A stretch of DNA of 64,000 bases from Clostridiales bacterium (GTDB taxonomy: Bacteria > Bacillota > Clostridia > Acetivibrionales > RGIG10202): NCBI GenBank assembly GCA_017961515.1, contig JAGCXC010000019.1, positions 2,803 through 66,802 on the forward strand, given 5' to 3'. A program made the translations under genes and the position numbers. Shown in pieces: positions 1 through 10,362 of this stretch; the first letter of the stretch is position 1; every line of letters begins with the position of its first letter. The notes beneath the pieces are model-generated. The model had not been told where the DNA came from and did no database searches. It was given only the letters and a program-made list of their open reading frames with translations.

Positions 1-610
1 TAACCTTCACCTTATTATAATGTCTAAACCTCATAAATTGCTCTGCCTTTTCTCCGTCCAAGTGCTGCTCGCCTTTCTTTAAGTGTATATGTAGCTTTTG
101 GCACGGATCATCATATTCCATATCCACTGGTATGTTATAGTCCACTCCATCAAACAGATCTACAATTTCTCTAAACGCTTTCACATCTAAATAAACATAG
201 TATTTGATGTCTATATTTAAAAAATCACTAACTGTCTTCATTGCTAGTTTCTCTCTTCCCATTGGATATGCACAATTTATCTTTGCAAGCTTCCCTTTCA
301 CTAAAACTCTTGTATCACGTGGTATGGATAATACTGTAACTTTGGGTTTCTTGCAGTCCACATTTGCTACCATTATTGTATCTGTATTCTTATTTACTTT
401 ATCTCCACCTAATATTAACACATTAAATGGTTCTTTTAATTCATCATCCAACACAGGCTCATATACTGTTGAACTAGCGTTACTTGCTACTTTACTTTGG
501 GAGTTAACCCCGCCTATTGACACGTTCTTACTTAGTATCATACACCCAAACATAAAAAACACACCTAAGAATATGCACGTAAAACAAAGTATCAATCTTC
601 TAAAATTCAT
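1..610 (-). CDS. LytR-CpsA-Psr (LCP) family cell-envelope polymer transferase, N-terminal part only (C-terminus runs off the window start)
   Basis: My own translation of the minus strand from ATG at 608-610 gives MNFRRLILCFTCIFLGVFFMFG (membrane anchor), then FNVLILGGDK, DTIMVANVD, VTVLSIPRDT, INCAYPMG and LDGEKAEQFMRFRH, which are typical LCP core blocks. It is absent from the ORF track because it has no stop codon in the window. Confidence 0.8.
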   Translation of the reverse strand, partial: MNFRRLILCFTCIFLGVFFMFGCMILSKNVSIGGVNSQSKVASNASSTVYEPVLDDELKEPFNVLILGGDKVNKNTDTIMVANVDCKKPKVTVLSIPRDTRVLVKGKLAKINCAYPMGREKLAMKTVSDFLNIDIKYYVYLDVKAFREIVDLFDGVDYNIPVDMEYDDPCQKLHIHLKKGEQHLDGEKAEQFMRFRHYNKVKV

Positions 611-696
611 CTTTAAAAACTCCCTACTCTCTTTTTTTGGCTTACTTTTTCCTATAACTATACTTCTTTAGACAAAAGGTCTCGTATTCTTCCTAC

Positions 697-725
697 ATTA
701 TACATTTTATTCATACTTTTAGCAA
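697..725 (-). promoter_or_regulatory. Sigma-A-type promoter for the LCP gene (TTGCTA-17-TATAAT)
   Basis: The reverse complement of 720-725 is TTGCTA and of 697-702 is TATAAT, with an exact 17-nt spacer, about 85 nt upstream of the ATG. Confidence 0.55.
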
Positions 726-734
726 CCTCAAATT

Positions 735-3700
735 TTAAAACAAACTGATCTGATTACTCTCTGGCATCCCTTCCAGTGCACCTATCTGATCCAAAATATC
801 AATTACAGGCTTACTCAATCTTGCTTCTGACCTTAATTCATCTATCGACAAGAATTTACCTTTTTTTCTAGCCTCCGCGATACTCTGAGCTGCTGCTTTT
901 CCCAAACCTTGCAAAGTACAAAGTGGTGGACGTATTTTCCCATCCTCTATCAAAAACTTTTCTGCATCAGACTTATATATATCTATTGGTAAAAATTCTA
1001 TTCCTCTTGCATACATTTCATTCACTACCTCAAGTATTGTCAAAATATTTTTTTCTGTCATCTTCAATTTATTGCCCATGTCTTTATACTCTTTTATTTT
1101 TTTCTGTACTCGCTCTTTTCCATATATCATTATCACAGCATCAAACAAGTCTGCTCTTACTGTATAATATGCTATATAAAATGCCAAAGGATAATACACC
1201 TTAAACCATGCTATTCTAAACGCCATCATCACATATGCCGCTGCGTGTGCTTTTGGGAACATATATTTTATTTTCTTACATGAATCAATATACCAATCTG
1301 GCACATTTTTTTCTTTCATTATTTCCTCATACTCTTTCTTTAACCCTTTCCCCTTTCTGACATCCTCCATTATCTTAAATGATGTCTTAGGTGGTAAACC
1401 CGCTCTTAATAAATACAACATTATATCATCTCTTGTACATATAACCTCCGACAATGTAGCAATATTATTGCGCACCAAATCTTGTGCATTATTTAACCAA
1501 ACGTCAGTTCCATGTGACAGTCCAGATATCCTTATAAGCTCTGAGAATGTCGTTGGCTTAGTATCTATTAGCATCTGTCTTACAAATTTAGTACCAAACT
1601 CCGGCACTGCAAATGTACCAACTGTGCTATCTATATCCTCTGGAGTTATACCCAATGCCTCTGTACTTCTAAACAAAGTCATCGTTTTTTCTTCACCTAT
1701 TGGTATTTTGGTTGCGTCAACTCCCGTTAAATCCTCTAGCATCCTTATCATTGTTGGATCATCATGTCCTAGTATATCTAACTTTAACAAACGTCCACTT
1801 ATTGAGTGATAGTCGAAATGCGTCGTTATCGTATCTGAATTGACGTCATCTGCCGGTCTTTGTATTGGGCAAAAATCATATATTTCTTTATATCTTGGCA
1901 CAACCATTATACCTCCAGGATGCTGCCCTGTTGTTCTCTTTACTCCCTCACATCCTTTGATTAATCTGTTCATCTCTGCTTGTGGCACAATCTTATTTCT
2001 TTCCTCAAAATAATTTTTCACAAACCCAAACGCTGTCTTACTAGCTATTGTCCCTATTGTCCCTGCCTTAAACACATTCCCTTCACCAAACAACACTTCT
2101 GTATACTTATGCGCCTTGGCTTGATATTCCCCCGAAAAATTCAAATCTATATCTGGCTCTTTATCTCCATCGAAACCCAAAAATGTTTCGAATGGTATAT
2201 CATATCCATCTCTTTTTAGTTCCTGGCCACAATTAGGACAGTTTTTAGGTGGCAAATCAAAACCACATATACCTTTCGTGTCCTCCACAAACTCCGAATA
2301 CTTACACTTGGTACATATATAGTGAGGCGGCAAGGAATTAACTTCGGTTATTCCAACCATATTCGCTACAAACGACGACCCCACTGACCCTCTTGACCCT
2401 ACCAAGTACCCATGCTCTAGTGAGTTCCACACAAGCTTTTGCGCAATTATATACATCACCGAAAAACCATTCTTTATAATAGAGTTTAATTCCTTCTTTA
2501 TTCTGTCCGCTACTATTTTAGGCAAATTTTCTCCGTATATCTCATGTGCTTTGGAATACGTTAACTCCTTTATCTCTTCTTCCGCCCCATCTATCTTAGG
2601 TGGATATGTTCCATCCGGTATAGGCAAAATATCCTCTATCATATCCGAAATCTTATTTGTATTAGTCACCACTATTTCATTAGCTAATTCATCATCTAAA
2701 TAATAAAATTCCGCTAACATCTCTTCGGTAGTTCTAAGATATAATGGTGCTTGGTTATCAGCATCTTTAAATCCCTTTCCCGCCATTAGAATCCTTCTAT
2801 ATACTTCGTCTTTTGGATCCAAAAAATGCACGTCACATGTTGCAACAACAAGCTTTCCCAATTTTTTCCCCAACGCTATTATCTTTTTATTGATATCCTC
2901 TAACTCTTTTTTACTCTCAACTATATTATTCTCTAACATAAAACGATTATTCCCCAATGGTTGCACTTCCAGATAATCGTAAAATTTAGCAATCTGTTCT
3001 ATTTCTAAATCACTTTTTTTATTAACAATTGCACGATAGAGTTCACCTGACTCACATGCACTCCCTAATATTAATCCCTCTCGATACTTTAATATAAGCT
3101 TCCTTGGCACTCTAGGTCTCATATAAAAATATTTAAGATGCGACTCGGATATAATTTTATATAAATTCTTTAATCCTACATAATTCTTGACTAAAATTAT
3201 CGCATGATGAGTTCTAGTCTTCTTTATATCAACATTCCCCTGTAGCAAATTATTTATATCCTCCAATGTCTCTATTTCATCTTTTTTTAGTATATCCAAA
3301 CACTTAAGTAATATACCTGCTGTAGCCATTGCATCATCTACTGCCCTATGATGATTTAGTAAGCTTACACCTAAGTGCTTTGCAACTATATTTAGCTTAT
3401 GCTTACTAAGGTTTGGAAACATTCTCCTTGATAACATCAATGTGTCTAAAACTGAATTCTCAACCGAAAGCTTTAGTCTTGACGCAAATTCTTTTACAAA
3501 TCCTAAGTCAAAAGGTGCATTGTGCGCTACCAAAACACAGCCTTTCGCAAACTCCAAAAACTTTGGCAACACTTCCTCTACTCCCAAACTTTCTGCAACC
3601 ATATCATCTGTTATCCCTGTCAATTCGGTTATAAATGGCGGTATAGGCACAGTCGGCTTTATAAACTCCGAAAATTTATCTACCTCTTGTCCATTTTTTA

Positions 3701-5063
3701 TTTTTACTGCACCTATTTCTATAATCTGCTCTTTTTTACTATCTAGCCCCGTTGTTTCTATATCAAATACAACAAACTCTGTATCCATTGTTGTATTTTG
3801 TTTATCCACCACTATGGGCATCTCATCTTCTAATAAATAGCACTCCACACCATATATCACTTTTATACCGTACTTTTTAGCCGCATCCATTGCTTCCGGG
3901 AATGCTTGCACCACGCCATGATCCGTTATAGCTACGGCCTTATGCCCCCAGCTACTAACTCTTTTTATTAGATCCGACGCTGACGATACTCCATCCATTG
4001 CACTCATTTGCGTATGAAGGTGTAACTCAACTCTCTTTTCATCCGCATTATCCATACGTTTTTCTTTCTCTTCACCCTTTAAGATACCTAATACGTAAAT
4101 AGATACTTCTCTTATATATTTATCATATTGCGCATCACCTTTTACCTTTAAAACAGCCCCTTCTTTGACGTGATCCTTTATTCTAATCAAATCATCCTTC
4201 TTTAAAAATATCTTGCACGTAACAGAAGATGTATAGTCTGTCATATCAAACATAAATAATATTTTGCCATTTTGTAACTCCCTCTCCTCTGTCGATATAA
4301 CTTCTCCGTTAAATGCAATCTCCCCTGAATCCTGTGTTATTTCTACTATTTTAATTAGTGGGTCGTTAAACACCTTTCCATATATATCGCTGCTTGGAGT
4401 TTTGGGCTTCCTATAATTATTTTCACTCTTTCGTTGTGAATTATCCACAGGCTTCGTTTCAGAAGCTATATTAGCACTGCTTAATATAGAATGAGTAACA
4501 ACACGATATTCTTCACTTTCTTTCTCTCTTATGTAACTTATTTTCTCCTGCTCGGTTGGCACATAATTACAAAATTCCACTCTTACACTTTTATCAAAAT
4601 AATCTTTAAGCAATTTCTCTATCATTTCGTTACATCTCTTGCTTAAAAGTATATCAGCACCTCTTGTCAATAGAATAATTTTTAGCTTACCATCAACCAA
4701 TTTATACTGTGCATTTCTTAGTATCGCCTTTGCAATAGCCATATTACATGACAGCACAAGCAGTATATCCTTCCAATAATTGGCTAACACATCTTCTAGA
4801 GTAAAATCACTTTCATATGTAACTTTGATCCTAATTCTTGAATCTTTAAACATATCTTTAAGACTTCTTTGCACTGAATACACAACTGTGGGAGATATCA
4901 AATTATACGACACTAAAACCAGTTCTACCTTCTGGCTCTTCTTATACACATTAATGCATCTAACACTGACATTTTTTAAATAACTACTCCTCTTTGCGTT
5001 GTCCTCAAGATTCGGAAACACAGATAGAATGTTTCTTTTGTCATGTAATGTTACATCCTGCAT
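735..5063 (-). CDS. polC: DNA polymerase III alpha subunit, Gram-positive PolC type
   Basis: About 1440 aa. It has a PHP block VELHLHTQMSAMDG, a DEDD proofreading exonuclease (FVVFDIETTGL, HNAPFDLGF, HRAVDDA) and a C-terminal Pol III alpha core. The track ORF starts at GTG 5087; I prefer ATG 5061-5063 (MQDVTLHD), which sits behind a GGGGGAA RBS. Confidence 0.95.
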   Translation of the reverse strand: MQDVTLHDKRNILSVFPNLEDNAKRSSYLKNVSVRCINVYKKSQKVELVLVSYNLISPTVVYSVQRSLKDMFKDSRIRIKVTYESDFTLEDVLANYWKDILLVLSCNMAIAKAILRNAQYKLVDGKLKIILLTRGADILLSKRCNEMIEKLLKDYFDKSVRVEFCNYVPTEQEKISYIREKESEEYRVVTHSILSSANIASETKPVDNSQRKSENNYRKPKTPSSDIYGKVFNDPLIKIVEITQDSGEIAFNGEVISTEERELQNGKILFMFDMTDYTSSVTCKIFLKKDDLIRIKDHVKEGAVLKVKGDAQYDKYIREVSIYVLGILKGEEKEKRMDNADEKRVELHLHTQMSAMDGVSSASDLIKRVSSWGHKAVAITDHGVVQAFPEAMDAAKKYGIKVIYGVECYLLEDEMPIVVDKQNTTMDTEFVVFDIETTGLDSKKEQIIEIGAVKIKNGQEVDKFSEFIKPTVPIPPFITELTGITDDMVAESLGVEEVLPKFLEFAKGCVLVAHNAPFDLGFVKEFASRLKLSVENSVLDTLMLSRRMFPNLSKHKLNIVAKHLGVSLLNHHRAVDDAMATAGILLKCLDILKKDEIETLEDINNLLQGNVDIKKTRTHHAIILVKNYVGLKNLYKIISESHLKYFYMRPRVPRKLILKYREGLILGSACESGELYRAIVNKKSDLEIEQIAKFYDYLEVQPLGNNRFMLENNIVESKKELEDINKKIIALGKKLGKLVVATCDVHFLDPKDEVYRRILMAGKGFKDADNQAPLYLRTTEEMLAEFYYLDDELANEIVVTNTNKISDMIEDILPIPDGTYPPKIDGAEEEIKELTYSKAHEIYGENLPKIVADRIKKELNSIIKNGFSVMYIIAQKLVWNSLEHGYLVGSRGSVGSSFVANMVGITEVNSLPPHYICTKCKYSEFVEDTKGICGFDLPPKNCPNCGQELKRDGYDIPFETFLGFDGDKEPDIDLNFSGEYQAKAHKYTEVLFGEGNVFKAGTIGTIASKTAFGFVKNYFEERNKIVPQAEMNRLIKGCEGVKRTTGQHPGGIMVVPRYKEIYDFCPIQRPADDVNSDTITTHFDYHSISGRLLKLDILGHDDPTMIRMLEDLTGVDATKIPIGEEKTMTLFRSTEALGITPEDIDSTVGTFAVPEFGTKFVRQMLIDTKPTTFSELIRISGLSHGTDVWLNNAQDLVRNNIATLSEVICTRDDIMLYLLRAGLPPKTSFKIMEDVRKGKGLKKEYEEIMKEKNVPDWYIDSCKKIKYMFPKAHAAAYVMMAFRIAWFKVYYPLAFYIAYYTVRADLFDAVIMIYGKERVQKKIKEYKDMGNKLKMTEKNILTILEVVNEMYARGIEFLPIDIYKSDAEKFLIEDGKIRPPLCTLQGLGKAAAQSIAEARKKGKFLSIDELRSEARLSKPVIDILDQIGALEGMPESNQISLF

Positions 5064-5083
5064 AATATATTCCCCCACTATCC

Positions 5084-6118
5084 TCACATTTTCTCGATTT
5101 CCTCTATAAGCTCTTTTACAATATTACCCTCCGAGATTTTCCTTATTATATTGCCTTTTTTAAACAAAAGCGCCTCATTATCTCCTCCAGCAATACCTAT
5201 ATCTGCTTCCCTAGCTTCACCTGGTCCATTTACTGCACACCCCATAACTGCAACTACAATATCTTTGTTTATATCCTGTAGCTTTTCTTGTACCTTACCT
5301 GCTATTTCAATAAGATTTATTTTACATCTACCACAAGTAGGACATGAAATGAATTTTATCCCCGTTTTCCTTATCCCAAGTGATTTTAATATTTCTATAC
5401 CTGTCCTTACTTCATCAACCGGATCACTAGTTAAGGATACCCTTATTGTATCACCAATCCCTTTAGCCAACAGGCTTCCTATGCCAATACTTGATTTTAT
5501 TGTACCAATCCACTTTGTACCTGCCTCTGTTACTCCAACATGTAGTGGATAATCTGTTTTTTCGTTCATCAACGTGTACGCATCTATAGTTTTTTTAACA
5601 TCAGATGCTTTTAGTGAAACTACTATATCTCCAAAATCTAAATCTTCTAGAATTTTAGCGTTCTCTATTGCACTATAAACCATCGCATCCGTTGTCACAC
5701 CATACTTTTCTACTATGTGCTTTGGCAATGAACCGCTATTTACTCCAACTCGTATAGGAACTTTATATTGTTTTGCAACCTCAACTATCTTTTTTATTCT
5801 ATCCACACTTCCTATATTCCCTGGATTAATTCTTATTTTGTCTGCACCATTTTTTATGCTGTCTATAGCCAATCTATAGTCAAAATGTATATCTGCAACT
5901 AATGGTATATTTATATCTTTCTTTATTTTAAATATTGCGCTACATGCATCATGGTCAAGCACGGCTACTCTCACAATATCACACCCAGCCTCCTCTAACC
6001 TTCTTATTTGCGAGACTGTGGATTTAACATCTCTAGTATCTGTCGTTGTCATAGACTGCACAGTTACCTTCGAATCTCCTCCAATTTGTAAATCCCCTAC
6101 TTTAACCACTCTTTTCAT
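5084..6118 (-). CDS. ispG: 4-hydroxy-3-methylbut-2-en-1-yl diphosphate synthase (MEP pathway)
   Basis: 344-346 aa. It has the GcpE signature (VAVLD, RINPGNIG) and a C-terminal Fe-S cysteine pattern CPTCGRC...GCAVNGPGE. The likely start is ATG 6116-6118 (MKRVVKVG). Confidence 0.93.
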   Translation of the reverse strand: MKRVVKVGDLQIGGDSKVTVQSMTTTDTRDVKSTVSQIRRLEEAGCDIVRVAVLDHDACSAIFKIKKDINIPLVADIHFDYRLAIDSIKNGADKIRINPGNIGSVDRIKKIVEVAKQYKVPIRVGVNSGSLPKHIVEKYGVTTDAMVYSAIENAKILEDLDFGDIVVSLKASDVKKTIDAYTLMNEKTDYPLHVGVTEAGTKWIGTIKSSIGIGSLLAKGIGDTIRVSLTSDPVDEVRTGIEILKSLGIRKTGIKFISCPTCGRCKINLIEIAGKVQEKLQDINKDIVVAVMGCAVNGPGEAREADIGIAGGDNEALLFKKGNIIRKISEGNIVKELIEEIEKM

Positions 6119-6132
6119 ATACACACACTTCC

Positions 6133-7425
6133 CTAATTTCGAATTCTTTGTACCAATCGCGCAATATCATTATACGTAGTCACTAATGCCAAACCAAGCA
6201 ATACCACAATCCCTGCCATAGAAATTCTTGCTTCTTTCTCTGGCGAAATAGGTTTCTTTCTAACTGCCTCCACCATAAGCAACAATAATTTATTCCCGTC
6301 AAGTGCAGGGAAAGGAATTAAATTTGTAGCACCTATTGCTATGTTTATAAACGCAGTAATTTTAAGTAATGATAATACCTTTTCTTTTGTATTTTGGCCT
6401 ACGCTAGCCGCATCACTCATCGTAGCGACAATACCCACAGGCCCAGTCATTTTTGATACTGATACATCACCTAAAACTAACCATTTTAATGTATAACCTA
6501 CATTACGAATGTTCGCCCAAATATATTTAGTTGAATGTAATAACACTTCACCTAAATTTCCTTGATACATCTCAAAATCAATCCCTAAATTTATAATTGG
6601 CTTATCTTTTACACATTTAGGGACAAGATAAACATCTACTTTCTCGTCATTTCTTAAAAGTGTCACCTTCATTTTTTGGTCTTTATTTGCATTTGTATAA
6701 ACAAGTATCTCCTGTAAATTAGACACATCCACATCGTTTAATGCTAAAATTTTGTCATTGGGTAACATTCCCGCAGTCTTTGCCGGATAATCTTCCAAAA
6801 GCTCTTCTATCGTAGTAGAATTTTCTTTCCTTCCCGTAACAATCCCTAAAACATATCTCTCCTCTTGTACAACCCCAGAAGAAACTTTAATATGTTTTTC
6901 TTCTTTGTCCCTAATAACAGTTAAATCTGCCTCTTCTTTGTTATACACATAAAAAAACTGCTGTAAATCTGTTGGAAGATATACTCTACTTTTATTATAC
7001 TTAACAATTCTATCTCCAGCTCTCATACCCGCATTATATGCGATAGAATTGCTCTCAACATCAACTACTTTTGTTGTCTGATAACCCTTGATTGAAAAAA
7101 TTATCACTAATATCACTAAACTAGACAATAAGTTTGCAAAAGGTCCGGCTGCAACTACAGCCATTCTAGCCCAAACTGATTTATTAGAAAACGAACCTTG
7201 ATCAGTACTGCTCTCTTCTTCCCCTTCCATCTTTACATAGGCTAAAATCGGTATCAATCTTAATGTGTACTCAGTATCACCTCTTTTTATACCAAAAATC
7301 TTTGGTCCTACAAAAAGAGAAAACTCCAATACCTTTATCCCATTTAATCTGGCTACCAAGAAGTGACCTAATTCATGAATTATTATTATAAAATTAAAAG
7401 CTAATATTGTTAATATTATTCTCAA
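6133..7425 (-). CDS. rseP: RIP metalloprotease RseP/site-2 protease (M50 family) with PDZ domain
   Basis: HELGHF zinc motif at the N-terminus in a TM helix, central PDZ-like segments, and a C-terminal NLIPFPALDG motif. TTG start behind an AGGAGG RBS. Confidence 0.9.
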   Translation of the reverse strand: MRIILTILAFNFIIIIHELGHFLVARLNGIKVLEFSLFVGPKIFGIKRGDTEYTLRLIPILAYVKMEGEEESSTDQGSFSNKSVWARMAVVAAGPFANLLSSLVILVIIFSIKGYQTTKVVDVESNSIAYNAGMRAGDRIVKYNKSRVYLPTDLQQFFYVYNKEEADLTVIRDKEEKHIKVSSGVVQEERYVLGIVTGRKENSTTIEELLEDYPAKTAGMLPNDKILALNDVDVSNLQEILVYTNANKDQKMKVTLLRNDEKVDVYLVPKCVKDKPIINLGIDFEMYQGNLGEVLLHSTKYIWANIRNVGYTLKWLVLGDVSVSKMTGPVGIVATMSDAASVGQNTKEKVLSLLKITAFINIAIGATNLIPFPALDGNKLLLLMVEAVRKKPISPEKEARISMAGIVVLLGLALVTTYNDIARLVQRIRN

Positions 7426-7436
7426 AAAATCGCCTC

Positions 7437-8585
7437 CTAATTAATATACTTTTTTCTGAGCCTATCCTTTACCTCTTTATCTGCATGCAAAATATCCTCT
7501 ACCGTCACCCTTGAAATATTTTTATATTCATAAAGCGATCTTTTTATTATATCTTGTATATCTGTAAAATTTATTTTATTTCTTAAAAACAAATCTACCG
7601 AAAACTCATTTGCTGCATTTAGCACAGTCGGCATAAGACCGCCCTCAATACTTACTTGGTAAGCCATCTTAAGACACTCAAACGTATCCATATCGGGCTT
7701 TTCAAATGTCAATTTATTGTACTTTAATAAATCAAGTTTGGCAAAATTGTTTTTTACTCTATCAGGATACATTATAGCATGGCTAATTGGTACTCTCATA
7801 TCTGGTGTGCCAAGCTCAGCCATAACCACACCGTCAACATATTCCACCATGGAATGTATTATGCTCTCTGGATGAATAACAACTTCTATTTTATCTACGT
7901 CCATATCAAATAACCATTTAGCCTCTATTACCTCAAAGCCTTTATTCATTAATGTCGCTGAATCTATGGTTATCTTCCTACCCATAATCCAATTGGGATG
8001 CTTTAACGCCATATCTGGCGTAACTGTCTTTAGATATTCATACTTCTTACCTCTGAATGGACCACCTGATGCTGTCAAAATTATTTTTTCCACATCTTTC
8101 TTATCATTGCCATATAAACACTGAAATATAGCAGAATGTTCACTATCTATCGGAATAATCTTAATATTCCTCTTTTTTGCTTCATCCATTATTATATTCC
8201 CTGCAACAACAAGTGTTTCTTTATTAGCCAGCGCTACATCATGCCCCGATTTTATCGCCATATAAGTTGGCATAAGCCCTGCTATCCCAACAATAGCAGA
8301 AACAACTAACTCTACCTCTGGTATCATTGCAATCTTCTCTAGCCCTTTTTGCCCACTAAATACATCTACCTCAAAATCTCTTAGCCTGTGTTTTAACTCA
8401 TCCTCTAATCGTTCATCTGCTATTGCAACACATAAAGGCCTAAACTCCCTCGTCTGCTTTTCTAACAAATCTATGTTTGAATTTGCAGATATCCCCAGTA
8501 CTCTTATATTGTTTAGTTTGCACACTTCTAACGTTTGTCTACCTATAGAACCAGTGGATCCCAGTATTGATATGTATTTTGCCAT
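7437..8585 (-). CDS. dxr: 1-deoxy-D-xylulose 5-phosphate reductoisomerase
   Basis: 382 aa. ILGSTGSIG NADPH loop, LANKETLV, PIDSEHSAIFQCL and ILTASGGPFR blocks. Confidence 0.95.
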   Translation of the reverse strand: MAKYISILGSTGSIGRQTLEVCKLNNIRVLGISANSNIDLLEKQTREFRPLCVAIADERLEDELKHRLRDFEVDVFSGQKGLEKIAMIPEVELVVSAIVGIAGLMPTYMAIKSGHDVALANKETLVVAGNIIMDEAKKRNIKIIPIDSEHSAIFQCLYGNDKKDVEKIILTASGGPFRGKKYEYLKTVTPDMALKHPNWIMGRKITIDSATLMNKGFEVIEAKWLFDMDVDKIEVVIHPESIIHSMVEYVDGVVMAELGTPDMRVPISHAIMYPDRVKNNFAKLDLLKYNKLTFEKPDMDTFECLKMAYQVSIEGGLMPTVLNAANEFSVDLFLRNKINFTDIQDIIKRSLYEYKNISRVTVEDILHADKEVKDRLRKKYIN

Positions 8586-8588
8586 ATA

Positions 8589-9407
8589 TCAAACACCTCC
8601 TAAAAACCTCATATAAAAATATATCATAGGTGCTATGAACATTATGCTGTCAAATCTATCTAATATACCACCATGTCCAGGCAAAATATTTCCATAATCC
8701 TTTACACCAACAAAGCGCTTTATCGATGATGCAAACAAATCCCCTATTTGCGCTACAATCGCCATCACAAATCCTAATATTCCAAAATACAAAAGCGACA
8801 CATCCATAACATTAACCGAAATTAAATATTTCCCGTATAACAACATCACCAAGACTGTAGCAATTACACCACCAATAGATCCTTCTATCGTCTTTTTAGG
8901 ACTAACCTCTGGCAAAAGTTTGTGTTTACCAATTGAAAGCCCTACAAAATATGCAAATGTGTCTGTTACACACGATCCTATAAAAATTATCCATATGTAA
9001 TATAAACCGTGCTCCATAAGCCTTATTAGTGTCACAAATGCAAATAAAAATGGTATATATAAAATTCCAAACACCGTTACAGCTAAATCAATTATTTTAT
9101 ATCTATGATTTTTTAACACAGCCAGAATCGCCAATACAAGCAATAAAACATACATTCCTCCAGCTAACATAACACTATCAGTTTTAAAACTACTAAATTT
9201 TAAAACTGGCACTAACAGCAATGCTGTAGATGCGTATAATATAATTTTGCTCGGCTTACAAGACATCTTTTCAAAACATCTTATATATTCTCTCATCGCT
9301 ACAATAGAAAACAAGAATATAACAATCCCTAATGCTTTCTTATCTACTAAAATAACACCTACTAAAAAAAATACTATACTCAATGCAGTAATTATTCTAG
9401 TCTTCAT
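8589..9407 (-). CDS. cdsA: Phosphatidate cytidylyltransferase (CDP-diglyceride synthase)
   Basis: 272 aa polytopic protein. C-terminal CTP-transferase signature SxxKRxxGVKDxGxxxPGHGGxxDRxDS is present as SSIKRFVGVKDYGNILPGHGGILDRFDS. Confidence 0.92.
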   Translation of the reverse strand: MKTRIITALSIVFFLVGVILVDKKALGIVIFLFSIVAMREYIRCFEKMSCKPSKIILYASTALLLVPVLKFSSFKTDSVMLAGGMYVLLLVLAILAVLKNHRYKIIDLAVTVFGILYIPFLFAFVTLIRLMEHGLYYIWIIFIGSCVTDTFAYFVGLSIGKHKLLPEVSPKKTIEGSIGGVIATVLVMLLYGKYLISVNVMDVSLLYFGILGFVMAIVAQIGDLFASSIKRFVGVKDYGNILPGHGGILDRFDSIMFIAPMIYFYMRFLGGV

Positions 9408-9416
9408 AATAATATC

Positions 9417-10145
9417 TTAACGACCTCCGTATCTTCTGTTTCTTTTATAATACATCTTTATTGTATCATCAAAATTTTTTTTTGTAAAATCTGGCCACAA
9501 TACATCTAAAAAAAATAACTCTGAATATGCACTCTGCCACATCAAAAAATTACTCAACCTCATCTCTCCACTAGTACGTATTATTATGTCAGGATCAGGA
9601 ATATCTTTTGTATACACATTACCAGATATAACCTCTTGGGTAATATCATCTATATTTAATGTTCCATTTTGCACATCGGCTGCTATTTTCTTCATGGCAT
9701 AAACAATTTCTTGTCTTCCTCCATAATCTAGTGCTATTACAAAAGTTAATCCTTTTTTATCTTTAGTTGCATCTTCCACAAAACTAATTTTTTCTTGTAA
9801 CGCAAACGATAACTTATTTCTTCTACCTATAACTTTTATTCGCACATCACTTTTATCAAATTTCTTGCTAAACTCATCTATATATTCAGCGAGAATCATC
9901 ATAAGATCATCTATTTCTTTCTTTGATCTATTCCAATTCTCTGTAGAAAAAGCATACACTATAAGATACTTTATCCCTATATCGTTAACATGTGCTACTA
10001 TATTTTTTAATGCATTAGCACCTTCTTTGTGACCAATCTTTCTGGGCAATCCTCTTTTTTGGGCCCATCTACCATTACCATCCATTATAATACCTACACT
10101 TTGAGGCAAATTACTTTCTATAGCTAAACACTCCTTTTTTAACAC
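9417..10145 (-). CDS. uppS: Isoprenyl transferase (undecaprenyl diphosphate synthase)
   Basis: 242 aa. IIMDGNGRWA, YAFSTENWNR and IRTSGEMRLSNFLMWQSAYSE blocks. Confidence 0.95.
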   Translation of the reverse strand: MLKKECLAIESNLPQSVGIIMDGNGRWAQKRGLPRKIGHKEGANALKNIVAHVNDIGIKYLIVYAFSTENWNRSKKEIDDLMMILAEYIDEFSKKFDKSDVRIKVIGRRNKLSFALQEKISFVEDATKDKKGLTFVIALDYGGRQEIVYAMKKIAADVQNGTLNIDDITQEVISGNVYTKDIPDPDIIIRTSGEMRLSNFLMWQSAYSELFFLDVLWPDFTKKNFDDTIKMYYKRNRRYGGR

Positions 10146-10161
10146 AAACTAAATCTCCCAC

Positions 10162-10362
10162 TCATATACAAACCAATATATTTATTACATCTTTATCTAC
10201 TTTAGTAACCCGTAACACTCTAAAATCTTCAGTTATCGGCACATCTTTAATTGATGGAGCCTTTGTTATATCAAAAGTATATTTATATTTTTGAAGTTTA
10301 TTTAGCACCGCCATTGCATCTTTTAATCTAAAGCCTGTCAATTTTTTTAATCCTGTAATCAT
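10162..10362 (-). CDS. Small conserved-position hypothetical protein (66 aa), possibly a PASTA-like alpha/beta fold
   Basis: Its ATG overlaps the frr stop in an ATGA arrangement (10359-10362), which indicates translational coupling. The pattern LKKLTGFRLKDAMAVLNKL followed by three beta-like segments loosely resembles a single PASTA unit. The function call is weak. Confidence 0.5.
   Translation of the reverse strand: MITGLKKLTGFRLKDAMAVLNKLQKYKYTFDITKAPSIKDVPITEDFRVLRVTKVDKDVINILVCI

Noticed and set aside
204-671. 155-aa plus-strand ORF from the track.
   Set aside because: It lies entirely antisense to the LCP-family gene (1-610, minus strand), whose translation shows clear family motifs. 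The plus-strand product is low-complexity (F/S/L/T-rich) and has no RBS.
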